Below the pieces are notes generated by a model that was not told where the DNA came from, made no database searches, and saw only the letters and a program-made list of their open reading frames with translations. A stretch of 62,964 bases of DNA, filler included, from Octopus bimaculoides (lineage: Eukaryota), in NCBI RefSeq assembly GCF_001194135.2. It is 5 parts of 4 records of this genome, joined end to end, with 100 filler letters (N's around TTAATTAATTAA, not from the genome) between each part and the next. Parts side by side here need not be neighbours in the genome. Positions count along the whole stretch, not along the records: positions 49,732 to 61,365 come from NC_068985.1; positions 61,466 to 62,964 come from NC_068991.1; 3 more parts are not named here. One strand, 5' to 3'. This document shows, one piece after another, positions 51,422 to 62,891 of the stretch; the stretch's first letter is position 1; each line of letters opens with the position of its first letter. A program made the translations under genes and the position numbers.

Positions 51422-52179
51422 NNNNNNNNNNNNNNNNNNNNNNNNNNNNNNNNNNNNNNNNNNNNNNNNNNNNNNNNNNNNNNNNNNNNNNNNNNNNNNN
51501 NNNNNNNNNNNNNNNNNNNNNNNNNNNNNNNNNNNNNNNNNNNNNNNNNNNNNNNNNNNNNNNNNNNNNNNNNNNNNNNNNNNNNNNNNNNNNNNNNNNN
51601 NNNNNNNNNNNNNNNNNNNNNNNNNNNNNNNNNNNNNNNNNNNNNNNNNNNNNNNNNNNNNNNNNNNNNNNNNNNNNNNNNNNNNNNNNNNNNNNNNNNN
51701 NNNNNNNNNNNNNNNNNNNNNNNNNNNNNNNNNNNNNNNNNNNNNNNNNNNNNNNNNNNNNNNNNNNNNNNNNNNNNNNNNNNNNNNNNNNNNNNNNNNN
51801 NNNNNNAATTTTTACTCGGTAGTCCACACTGAAGAGGCTCAAGGATTAAATTTTCCAAAAGCTGAAACCCGGGTGTGTGGATGTCCTAAACGGCATAATC
51901 TTTTATAGCTGTGCTTTTGAATATATTAATTCTTTCCGTTTCCTCGCCTACTGTTATTTCTGTTATCTTGGTGCTGTACTGTGGTTTAATTAAGACTTTA
52001 GCTCTTATTTCTAGCAGGTGTATGCTTTTATGCATCCTTATAATTTATAGCTAAATAATGCTATTTGCCTGCGAACCACCCATGTTACTACTGTTGATAC
52101 CATCAATTTAAAATTTTATCCACAGATGATATTAGCAGTAGTGACATCTTATTTCAAATTATAGAGTTTGAATGTTTTG

Positions 52180-52266
<87 letters not shown>

Positions 52267-53005
52267 ACATACACGCATACAAACACACACACAAACACAC
52301 ACACATATATAAATAAGAAATAGTGATACAACGAGGCATCAATGTTTGCTGGAAATACCAGTCAATAACGATACGACGCTATGTAAAGCTTCGTTGAAAT
52401 GTATACTGGCAAAGATGTATGCGGGCAGCGAACTTAAAATTTTTTTCCTCTTATATCTAGGAAGAACATCGGAAAATGGACTACCTAGAATGGATAATCT
52501 AGGACCCGAGTTTCGGACTTTTCAAAATACGTTTGTTATCATAAATTTGATTAGTCCCCACCAGCTAGATTCCCCTGAGACGAAAATTTATAATATCGTT
52601 ACAGTATATTCGGCTGAACGTCTAGCCGTTAACAGAACCGAGATTAGTGAAAATGTTTTCTATAAAATTTTTAAATATCATTGCAATACAATATATTTAC
52701 GGTGCTTTATTTGATTGGAAAGTGATCCTATTGTATTGTATTGCAATGATATCTAAAATTTATATATATATANNNNNNNNNNNNNNNNNNNNNNNNNNNN
52801 NNNNNNNNNNNNNNNNNNNNNNNNNNNNNNNNNNNNNNNNNNNNNNNNNNNNNNNNNNNNNNNNNNNNNNNNNNNNNNNNNNNNNNNNNNNNNNNNNNNN
52901 NNNNNNNNNNNNNNNNNNNNNNNNNNNNNNNNNNNNNNNNNNNNNNNNNNNNNNNNNNNNNNNNNNNNNNNNNNNNNNNNNNNNNNNNNNNNNNNNNNNN
53001 NNNNN

Positions 53006-53070
<65 letters not shown>

Positions 53071-53126
53071 TTCACTTGTGTTATTTCGGTATCCCTTCAT
53101 ATTACAATCTTGAAATATGTACTTAC

Positions 53127-53297
53127 CAGATTCTGGGAAATTTTCATTCTTTGGGTTGAGAACATTGTTACTAACGGATTCATGTCTAGGTGTAGATACA
53201 GGAATACTCTTAGAAGTAGTCGCTGTTTGCTTCGTAGTTGTCGGGAAATTTTGTTTCTTTGATGCCATTGTTGCGTTTTTTGCCACCCCTTCATTCA
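53127..53297 (-). CDS. Phase 1-1 exon (171 nt) encoding a Ser/Thr-rich mucin-like stalk
   Basis: Acceptor CTAAT...TTTTGCAG|, donor G|GTAAGT; NEGVAKNATMASKKQNFPTTTKQTATTSKSIPVSTPRHESVS...; 15 of 57 residues S/T; NAT sequon. Confidence 0.65.
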
Positions 53298-53700
53298 CTG
53301 CAAAATCATTTGTATCAAAATTAGTTTCTTTTTTAAATATTCAAGAGGAGAAAGCTCAAGATCTTTGAATTTTAAGAAGGTAATCTAACATTCATATTCT
53401 TTCTGAAGAAAATTAAAGGGCTTCATTTGAAAATTGCAGATGTGTGTGAAATTGAACTGATTTGCTTACAACTTTTTCTATGGACTTACCAAATTATTTC
53501 CCTAATGTCATTACATGCCATAGTACTGAATTTTTACGCTGACACTCTGATTGCTTATTTAAATGAAAGGCTGAATATAGCTGTAGTTGCTCCCAAGGTA
53601 TAGATGGTAACAGCTGTTGTTGTTACTGTGTCTACTGTCGTCCGTCCACCCCTCCCTGTTTTTTTTTCTGAACAGTGTGGTCGATTTCAACTATATCAGC

Positions 53701-55095
53701 ATTAAATAATAATTGAGAGATGCTTTCGTTTTTAGATTAGAACATCAGATTACCGTAGGATATGCCTATAGTATGATTAGAATTGGGTACTGCTAATATA
53801 AAACATTTTCAACACCACCTTATACGCTGCATTAGACTCTCATTAATATATTAAACTCTCATTAATATATTTTCTGCGCTTCGTTTATCAAACGTGAAAG
53901 ACTGGAAATCAACTCTGACGAAATCGAAACTAAATATGTAAATTAGGCTTATTGTAATCACCTTGAAATTATTGAATATTTACTTGTCAATATCTGTTTT
54001 AATTCATTGTCTCTTTGTCTGAAGCATGTCGGGTAACAACTTTGAGGGGACATCGTTAGCTAAAGCTTTGTACATATGTACAGGAATGCAACATTCTGCT
54101 CATTTTAGGATTAATAATTAGTTTTTTTTCTGAAATTTCAATCAGTATTTAGGTATTCCACGCACAAGTCATGCCTCCATTGAAAAGTTTAATTCTTTTG
54201 ACTAAATCACCTGAGATCACTCGTTTTATGCTATTTTAAAGTGTTTTCAAGTGATCATATTCTAAAGTGATCATATTTAGATTGAAACCTTCCATCATAA
54301 TATTTTTTACATAACTTTAGTTAACAATGTATCCTCTTAGATATCCTTCGATCTAATAAAAGTCACAGTTAATTTTCGCTCAAGGCACACGCTATCGTCA
54401 ACAGAGAAAGGAAAAAAGGAAAAAAAGGAAACGTGTCGTATAATATTGTTATTAATAAAGACTATATCTGAAAACAAGAGTTTTGACACAAGTTTTAATT
54501 TTTATCATAGGTATATTCAATGATGGCAAAACTGTGTAAACAGTAGCAATATACGTAGATTTTCTGTTAGAAGAGTGTAGTAAGTAGGTTGAATAAGGTG
54601 TAGATTATCTTAATAAGATGTGGTAGATTTAAATTCTATCAGCATTAAATGCATGTCACCCACGCCTATACACATACAGGCATACACATGCATAGTATAG
54701 TTAAGAAACAATTATAACAGTTTTCGTCTTTAAATATCATTCACGAGGCTTCAGTTAAATTGAGGTTTTGAATGACGAAGGTTCATGACTGAAACGTTAT
54801 TCCTCTTTCTTATAAGAAACCAGTCCCTTAGTTTCTTTAAATCTTACTGTTTATGGTAGAAAGCACTTATTCACGGCTCTACGCAATAGAATATAACTTG
54901 GAATCATGTGATTGAGGTGCGAATTTCTCAAACGTACAACCATGCCAATGTTGCGTATAAAGTGTTGAAAATGTTTTATATTGATAAAATTTTTACTTAT
55001 TAGCAGTACCCAATTCTAATCATACTATAGGCATATCCTACGGTAATCTGATGTTCTAATCTAAAAACGAAAGCACCTCTCAATTATTATTTAAT
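53701..55095. mobile_element. About 1.4-kb element bounded by long inverted repeats (non-autonomous DNA transposon?)
   Basis: 53701-53797 versus the reverse complement of 54999-55095: one mismatch in 97 bp; similarity continues about 35 bp further after an 18-bp indel; no transposase recognised. Confidence 0.6.
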
Positions 55096-56168
55096 TATTA
55101 TTCAGAGTACAACCAATCACAACTCCGATAATTGATAGAAGGAAGTAAACACCAAAGCTGGGAGCCTGCTAGACGCCACGACTAAAAATACTAATCTATT
55201 GCGACAATAGAAAAATAAAGGGCAGGAAACCCCCTAAGCAACAAATGAGGGGCACAAAAAAAAAGAGTGAATCCTTACGAAAGACGTACAAGATACTGAA
55301 AATTCCTCACATAAAAGCGTCCACTCTCATGGAGTACCTGAACTATGCCTTACTTAGAAAGACAATCTAAACCCAATTCGATTAAAGTCTAATAGACAGC
55401 TAAATAACTACTGCTCTGATTAAAAAGTCAATGAGACACGAATTCTAGATGGATAATAAAGAATTAGTTGGCGATCTTTTAACAGCTGAGGGATTATTCT
55501 TTTGAGGGTAGAAAACTGCCCTTTCAGTTTCGGCTGGAACCGAAATTGCTCAGGAGTAATTTTTGAGAACTCAGTTCGAGAAATTCATCAGAGCGGAAGG
55601 TGGTCAAACATATAGAGTTCCCTAATTCTACTTACGAGGCAGTTTCTTACTCTATGTTTGAGGGTTATCTTTATTTGCTTTCATTCGTATTTGTTTTTGT
55701 AAAAAAAAATTGCCTAAATGTATTGTATTACTCTTCTTTCTGTACCGTAGTAATCAAATAAAGTCATGATGAAAGGCGTTCTGGTCATGGCAATTCCACG
55801 CACGCACACACTCGCACGCGCGTGTGCACACATACACACTCCTCCTCTCTGCATGCACTTTCTATTTTATTTAAGTGTCGAAGAGCTGAATTTGTTACTT
55901 TGGCGATTGTCATTCCCGTTAGGGATGGTGTGAATTTTGACTTAGCTACGGAAGGTGATTACTTTTGGTCACATGAAAAAAATCCCCAAAAGGATTTACA
56001 TCCTTATAGGATTCGTACTATCAGATCTTATGGCAAACAGCACAACAATTCCAGCAACGAATATAAAATATAATTTTTTTTCAGCTACATGTTTATCAAT
56101 TTTGCCAATCAGTCATTACAAATTCTCTTGAATTTCAATGATGGAGAAAATTGAACTTTGATACTTAC

Positions 56169-56432
56169 TAGTCGGACAATCATAAACGAATCTCAGACGA
56201 GGTTTCTTTATTTGACCTTGTGTTCCACAGCATGCTGAAACTGAACTTATAAAGTTAATGTCACATTCTTTTACATTTTCGCACTTTGTATATATTTCAG
56301 ATTTTGTTTGCATCCATAGACGTTTGTTAACAGGGGATGGACATGTAACTGTATCAATTTCTATGCTTTTTCCTTTGTCACATCTTGGATTGTTACCTCG
56401 GCACATGTTAGTTACTTTGTTCTGAACAACAC
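56169..56432 (-). CDS. Phase 1-1 exon (264 nt) encoding an 8-Cys extracellular domain, remotely SUEL/Gal-lectin-like
   Basis: Strong acceptor (TTCTAAT...TTTTGCTTTTTACTTCAG|) and donor A|GTAAGT; open frame VVQNKVTNMCRGNNPRCDKGKSIEIDTVTC...TKCENVKECDINF...CC...PRLRFVYDCPT; spacing C-x6-C-x12-C-x19-C-x5-C-x10-CC-x16-C. Confidence 0.75.
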
Positions 56433-56614
56433 CTGAAGTAAAAAGCAAAAGTAAAAATTAGAATAATATAAAATGCTCCTGTACAATGGGACTTTATAGA
56501 TTCATTTTCTTTCAACTATAACATAAAGAAGGGTACGGCCGAGTTCACGAATCCTCGAATACTATTAATACTTTTCATATTTATCCCTAAGATTTTAACC
56601 ATACTATGATTTAC

Positions 56615-56649
56615 GCAAAACTAAATAGTGTGGGATATTTGGTCCGATT
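56615..56649 (-). CDS. Possible 35-nt linker exon (QIGPNIPHYLVLR), phase 2 to 1
   Basis: TTTTAG| ... TGC|GTAAAT; restores frame between the signal-peptide and Cys-rich exons; weak sites, could be chance. Confidence 0.2.
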
Positions 56650-57114
56650 CTAAAATTTATATCCACTCGTGTGCTTATGGTGATCATGCATATTGCTTAA
56701 GAAAGGGCGAGTCCAGATGTAAAAGCCGTTTCTAGTGTTTCTGCTATTTTATGTTACAAGGTTCACGGATAAACTGGTTAGATGCAAGAAAACATCACTT
56801 CCACCAGTGATATAAAAATTAACCAACATTATTTCACCTTAAGATTACTACTGCTCCGTAAGATGAAGATTCAAATGACGGATTTACATTCCTGGGTCCT
56901 TTTTCATGCCTTTATTTTAAATGATCTAGTCAGTGAAAGCTTTTCCACTAAAATCTTTACATTCATTATAACGTCTAGTAAGTATGAATCAGTGCTGAGT
57001 TGACATCTTCACACAGGTTTTAGCCGCCACTTTAGATTTTAATCAAAAAGGAAAGGATAGTTGATCTAGTTGCGTCACATTACTGATTTCATGACAAAGA
57101 TACTTAATACTTAC

Positions 57115-57170
57115 TGGTTTCCTCCATATGAGGAAACCAGTATAACTATAGAAAGAAGCATTGTTATCAT
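57115..57170 (-). CDS. Candidate signal-peptide exon (MITMLLSIVILVSSYGGN) of a secreted/surface Cys-rich protein
   Basis: ATG followed by a hydrophobic stretch; donor CA|GTAAGT at 57115/57114; acceptor TTGTTGCCACAG| at 57194. Ends in phase 2, so an intervening exon is required. Confidence 0.5.
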
Positions 57171-57777
57171 TTTAGTACAATATACAGTTATAAACTGTGG
57201 CAACAATGTATAATTGATGTGAGCCGAATTCAAATTCTTACGTCAAAGAAGATATGATATATCAGGCTAGCATATACATGTTCGCGTCTAAAACATTTAC
57301 TTTGCGTACTTCACACCGTTAGTAATAGATACCATGTGGGGGAATAGAAATAATTTTAACAGCAATATCCATACGTATTTCCTTTTGCCAATGAGCTGGT
57401 TGTTCAAAAGTTGCAAGTCATCTTAGTATGCTATTGTTATTTTCTTTTACTAATCCTACGAGGATTAAAGAACATCTCGTTTTTATTCAGTATGTAGCAA
57501 ACTGTAACTTAATATGTTAAGCTTTTTATTTTGGAACTGTACTGTTTTCCTACTCGCTAATCTATACGATGTTACGTTATGCCATATTAAGTGGCATTAT
57601 TTAAGTCGCAATATTAGTATGATCACTATTTCGAGAGATAAAGTTTTTCCAAGTTTGATTTATTCTAGATTTGCACATATGGTGAAATTCCATGAATTGT
57701 CCTCGTGAGTTAATGGTTTTTAATACACAAACTATCACAATACATAAAAATTGTCTCAGGTACATGAAAACAAAAGA

Positions 57778-57780
<3 letters not shown>

Positions 57781-57842
<62 letters not shown>
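57781..57842 (+). repeat. (TG)n microsatellite
   Basis: Direct reading. Confidence 0.95.
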
Positions 57843-57844
<2 letters not shown>

Positions 57845-59299
57845 AGACAGACAGAGGGAGAGAGAGTGAGAATTTGGGAACGGCAGACAAGGTAAACATT
57901 GTTACTCTTATTTTTGTTGCTGTTTTAGGATAACCTCTTCAAATTAAAAGAACATATGGTACAAAGTTAACTGGCAAAAACCTAGAAACAAGCCACAAGT
58001 AAAACATCCTATATATGCCGATATCCATATATCTCCTAATATATTTATTCTTATATTTGTCTATATTACACGTACGGTTGGATAGGTTTGATTCAACATC
58101 AGCGCTTCTGTAGAGCAAGAATGTGAAATATTTAGTCACTTTATTTTACCTAAATGTATGAATTTTTGCTGTAAGAAATCTGGTTAAGGTGTATCATTGG
58201 TGGCGCAGTAGATAAGAGTTTTGGAGATTTGCGTTTCTCCTGTGAGAAGAATCTAATCCATATAAAACTCAAGAAAAGGGATTAACAGTCTTACAAATAT
58301 ATATTTCTACTGAATAGTTGTTTTGTTGCAAAGAACTTCAAAGACTACACTAATCCATTTCAACTATTCCTATGAAAATGATAAACGTTTCAGAATAATC
58401 TTACTCGTGACTTGGGTGAACGCTTATCAGAAGGAACGATTTTCATGTTTCTCGGTACACTAAATGACATTAAGTAAATAGACTTTAATAAAGGATGAAA
58501 AGCCATTTCAAAGGTTCAATTCGTTGGGTGGCAACTTCTTACCGTAAGTGTACATAGAAGTAGTTTAAAATACGTGAGTTTTGAGTTTAGTGTCGTCCAA
58601 ATGGTGAAGTAACTATAGTTAGTTACATAATGTCTATATATTGGAAACATGGAAAGGGGCTGGTTTTGAGAAACAGATACTTCACATTACTTAATTTCTG
58701 GCTACTCATTTCTCTGATGGAGTTGTGTGTTGATGCAATGCAAATAGATATCAAATGTATTAGGATAATTTTGATTTGTATTTTAATTATCCAAAAGAGA
58801 AAGGTTTTACAGGCCCAGTTTTCTGTAAGTTTGAGTATTATTTAAGTATTATCATTCGTAGAAGCAGACAGTACTCGCATATTAAGACAAAATATATATT
58901 TAGATATACATAAGACATATGGTGTTTCGGAGTAATACTCTCTACTAATAACTAAGTAGATAAAATGAAGCTAAAAATCACCTCAGAATTAGACTTATAT
59001 AATCTTTTAAAATTATTCTTTTATGAACTAGTTTGAATTCAGTGAAAGTTTCTGAGCCGTAATGAGAATAAACAATGGATTAACTGAAGTGTGCTACGCA
59101 CAAAATTCAAACCAGAAGTAACTTCACTATGAAGTTGGGTTAGAAGGTCATTCAAGAAGTTGTTTACAACGAAGTGTGTTCTGCATGTCTTATTCTCCTT
59201 TGGTTAACTATGCCAATACATATATCAATAGATTAATGTCGATGGATGGATAACTAGCTCTCGGAATCCCGATAAAAATACATCGTTAGTAATTTAGGG

Positions 59300-59480
59300 A
59301 CCAGCATTGACCATCAGTAAGAAGATAAAACTGCAGTTATACTAATCTATTGTCATATCAACAACCATCTGCGCCTGTGAAACCTGGAAGAAGGCAATGA
59401 AGATCGTCCTAGGCATCTCTCATCGGGACAGAGTGATAAACAAAGAGATAATGAAAAGAGCTGGCATGAGAAGTTTGTAG
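59300..59480 (+). mobile_element. RTE-like LINE fragment
   Basis: IKLQLY*SIVISTTICACETWKK / LGISHRDRVINKEIMKRAG. Confidence 0.55.
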
Positions 59481-59589
59481 GACGTGTGTAAATATATTCG
59501 TGTGTTTATACATACATACATGCATACATACATACACGTTCTGTACTATGTATGTATGTATGTATGTTTGTATGTCTATTCTATTTTTT

Positions 59590-60285
59590 AATTATTATAA
59601 ATCTCCCACTGAGGAAGGAGCTGATTTCCAACAAAGATACAAAGCTCCATCTTTGGGATGTAGTGACTACAGAGAAATTCACATTTGGAACTTGAGAAAA
59701 GTCTTACATATTTTTACTGTTCCACTCACAGATTGCACTTGTAATATTAGCTGGTCGATTTCTCTTTCTGAAAATCCCAGTTTATCAAGATACTCCTTTA
59801 AGCATTTACTAACAAAACCTAGTGCTCCAATTATTATTGGTATGAATATGAATTCATAGTCTGGATATAGAAGCTGGAGGTTTTGAAGCAGTTGCCCATT
59901 GATATCCTCTTTTTCTTTGATTTTCAAAGAGATCTTTATATCTGCAGGGCAGCTGAACTCTACGACGGTACATACTTTTGCCCCTTTGTCCCAAACAGCA
60001 AAATCAGGCCTGTTATATTTACATTTGATAGAAGTTTTGATGGGAATATTCCACCAGTATTCCTTGAGTTTATGAATGTATTTCATAACAGGGAGACTTT
60101 CTAAGTTTATTTTAGGACAGTCTTTTTTGCAGATTGCATTGTAATTTGTTTTAGCGACATCATCGTGTCGCATAGGGCGGTAGTACCGTCACAACATTTT
60201 AGGACAACTGCTAATCAGATGCACGATGTCTTCCACAGAAACATGACATAGCCTATACATGCAGTTGTACCTTCCGTTAGTTGTT
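59590..60285 (-). mobile_element. RLE-type (R4-like) LINE 3' fragment, different subfamily from 33901-35041
   Basis: RLCHVSVEDIVHLISSC (decayed CCHC), RHDDVAK, YWWN..NRPDFAVWD..VEFSCP..KEK, PIIIGALG. Confidence 0.85.
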
Positions 60286-60299
60286 AGAGCACTAGCCTG

Positions 60300-60400
60300 T
60301 TATCAATTTCATCGGTATGTCTGATGTAGTGTCCAGCTAATCTCATCCTTCTATGCTGTCGAAGCGATCGCAGAGCAACGTGAGATGATGATCAAAACGC
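60300..60400 (-). mobile_element. RTE LINE C-terminal fragment
   Basis: RRMRLAGHYIRH motif. Confidence 0.6.
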
Positions 60401-60419
60401 ACCGCCGCCACCTCATCTA

Positions 60420-61000
60420 GGAATAATGATGAAGATATTTAAAACATATGATGTTCCACCAAGAATTCTGAGAGCAATAAGTAAGCTGTATGAGAACACC
60501 AGAGCGAAAGTGATTACTCCTGATAGAGAAACGGAATATTTTGAAGTCAAAGCTGGAGTATTGCAAGGCGACACGCTAGTACCTTATCTTTTCGCCATCG
60601 TTCTCGACTATGTAATGCGTAGAACGTACGAGAGCAAGGAAGAAGATTCAAACTGCATAGGCAAAGAAGTAGACGGTATCAAGCAGTAACAGTAACTGAC
60701 CTAGACTATGCTGATGACCTGGCATTACTAACAGAGAGGACAAATCAAGTACAGGAGGTGCTGAGCAGATTAGAGTAGGAATCAGGGAAGGTAGGATTAT
60801 ACTGTAACGCAAAAACAGAGCTGCAAGTATTCAACAACGAAATGCCTATGTCAGTGAAAGTGAGAGACTGTAAGTCGCTCAAGGTAGCTGAAAATTTCAA
60901 ATACCTTGGTACGTGGTCACAAAGTACTGAAAAGAAAAAAAAATCTATATTAACCCTATTGACATTAATTCTGCTGCCATTAATCAGGACATGAAAGCAC
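60420..61000 (+). mobile_element. RTE-clade LINE RT core fragment
   Basis: GVLQGDTLVPYLFAIVLDYVMR; after frameshift DLDYADDLALL (60707-60718 = YADD); FKYLG. Confidence 0.9.
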
Positions 61001-61013
61001 GTCATAACGGTAA

Positions 61014-61365
61014 TCTTAATATATAAAGCTGAAGTTGTGTGTCTGTGTGAAGCCTTTTTAAAAGTTTATAGAAATTCACATTTTCCACTTTTTCGTTAAA
61101 ATTTTTACATCAATGGAATTTTCTCGATGTGAACTTTCCAGTGCAGTAATTATATTTTTAAAATTCCGTTTACTTTGTGTGATTTAAGGGAGATTTGGCT
61201 GTTGTCTCTAGCAAATTTTATATTTCTTCCCTTCTACCTGGAACAGCGTTCTTACACACGCGCTCAACAGAGAGAGAAAGTGATACAACGTCATAGATTA
61301 AACTTTCTTCTCAGTATTCTTTACTTATTTTTCATAACATTGATACGTAAAAACACACACAACCA
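61014..61365 (+). mobile_element. Possible Helitron 5' end
   Basis: A|TCTTAATATATAAAG followed by GTGTGTCTGTGTGAA, similar to the 5' region of the other Helitrons. Confidence 0.3.
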
Positions 61366-61465
61366 NNNNNNNNNNNNNNNNNNNNNNNNNNNNNNNNNNN
61401 NNNNNNNNNTTAATTAATTAANNNNNNNNNNNNNNNNNNNNNNNNNNNNNNNNNNNNNNNNNNNN
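61366..61465. other. Synthetic scaffold-join spacer
   Basis: 44N-TTAATTAATTAA(61410-61421)-44N. Confidence 0.95.
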
Positions 61466-61727
61466 GTGATGGTGTCGGAATTAGTTAGGATGTAAGTGAT
61501 GGTGCTTCATGGTGTTAGTCGCAATGTGTGTGGTAATGATGTTGGAGTGGAGTGGGAAGCGTGAGAACGGGTGGGGAGGCTAACGGTGATGGTATAGTAG
61601 TGGTGGTAATGTTGCTGCTGCTACTGCTGCTGCTGATGATGATGGTGGTGGTAGTGGTGGCGGTGGTGATGATAGTGGCAAAGATCTAGTGTGGTAATAT
61701 TATTATTATTATTATTATTATTATTAC

Positions 61728-61771
<44 letters not shown>

Positions 61772-61921
61772 AAGGAGATGGTGGTGGTTGTGGTGCTGGT
61801 AGTAGTCGTAGAAGTGGTAATAGTAGTAGTCGCAGTAGTAACAGCAGCAGCAGCAGCAGTAATGCAGCAATAATTGTGGTTATTGTTGTTGTTGTGGTGG
61901 TGGTGGTGGTGGTGATGGAGT

Positions 61922-62246
61922 GAAGGCGCATGGCTTAGTGGTTAGGGCATTCGGCTCACGATCGCAAGGTCGTCAGTTCGATACTTGGAAGCGCGTTGTG
62001 TCCTTGAAGCAAGACACTGTATTTCGCATTGCTCCAGTCCACCCAACTGGCAAAAATACATAGAGCCTGTATCTCAAAAAGGGTCAGTCTTGTCACATTC
62101 GGTGTCATGGTGAATCTCCCTGAAACCTACGTTAATGGTACGTGTGTCTGTGGAATACTCAGCCACTTGCACGTTAATTTCATGAGCAGGTTGTTCCGTT
62201 GATCGGATCATCTAGAACCCTCGTCGTCGTATCGGACGGAGTGCCA
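61922..62246 (+). mobile_element. tRNA-derived CORE-type SINE; same tail at 46145-46436(-) and 62896-62964(-)
   Basis: TGGCTTAGTGG A box, AGTTCGATAC B box, GTTGTGTCCTTG..CAAGACACT CORE motif, tail CCCTCGTCGTCGTA..GACGGAGTGCCA. Confidence 0.8.
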
Positions 62247-62825
62247 GTTTGCTGTTGTAGTCGTGGTGGTGGTGATAATGGTGGTTGTGGTGGTAGTGTA
62301 TTGCTGATCGGCTTGTTACAGTAAAAGAGTTTATAGTTTGAGTGGACTTGTCGTCATTTAGCTCCAAGTCAACTCAGATCGAACAAAATAATCCAACCAT
62401 GGCTACGCCATCTGTTTCTTCAGTGTACAGAAAAACCCAATATCACACTATTCATAATGGAGGCTACGATCTGAGAAATTTCACTGCTATTTCTAGCAGT
62501 TCGAGAGACCACGCAGACGATCATTCTGGCTCGATTTTTAGGAATGATATTGTTAGTGATGATAATGATGTTGTTGTTGTTGGTGATAGTATTGACCGGC
62601 TTCTCTATAAGCCAAAGTATTTTGTTAGTTTTGCAATTGCTATAGGTTATCTTTGTGGTTATAGATTTTATTGTTGTTTCTGCTATTGGTTTTCGTGTGT
62701 TTTATGTTCCTTCTTATATTGTTATAGATCTCTTTCAACTTGTTGTCGTCGTTGTTGTTGTGTCACCATAGAATTATTTCCAGAATAAAATTAAATGGAG
62801 ATGCACTGAATACAGAATGTATTAA

Positions 62826-62826
<1 letters not shown>

Positions 62827-62890
<64 letters not shown>
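62827..62890 (+). repeat. (TAGA)n microsatellite
   Basis: Direct reading. Confidence 0.95.

Positions 62891-62891
<1 letters not shown>

Noticed and set aside
52346-52714. 122-aa plus-strand ORF
   Set aside because: No domain or splice support; antisense to the proposed gene's intron
53330-53403. Stronger upstream acceptor (TTTTCTTCAG|) for the stalk exon
   Set aside because: All three frames hit stops before 53297
53490-53525. 36-nt exon ending in G|GTAAGT
   Set aside because: Open only in phase 2-2, incompatible with the neighbouring phase-1 exons; weak acceptor
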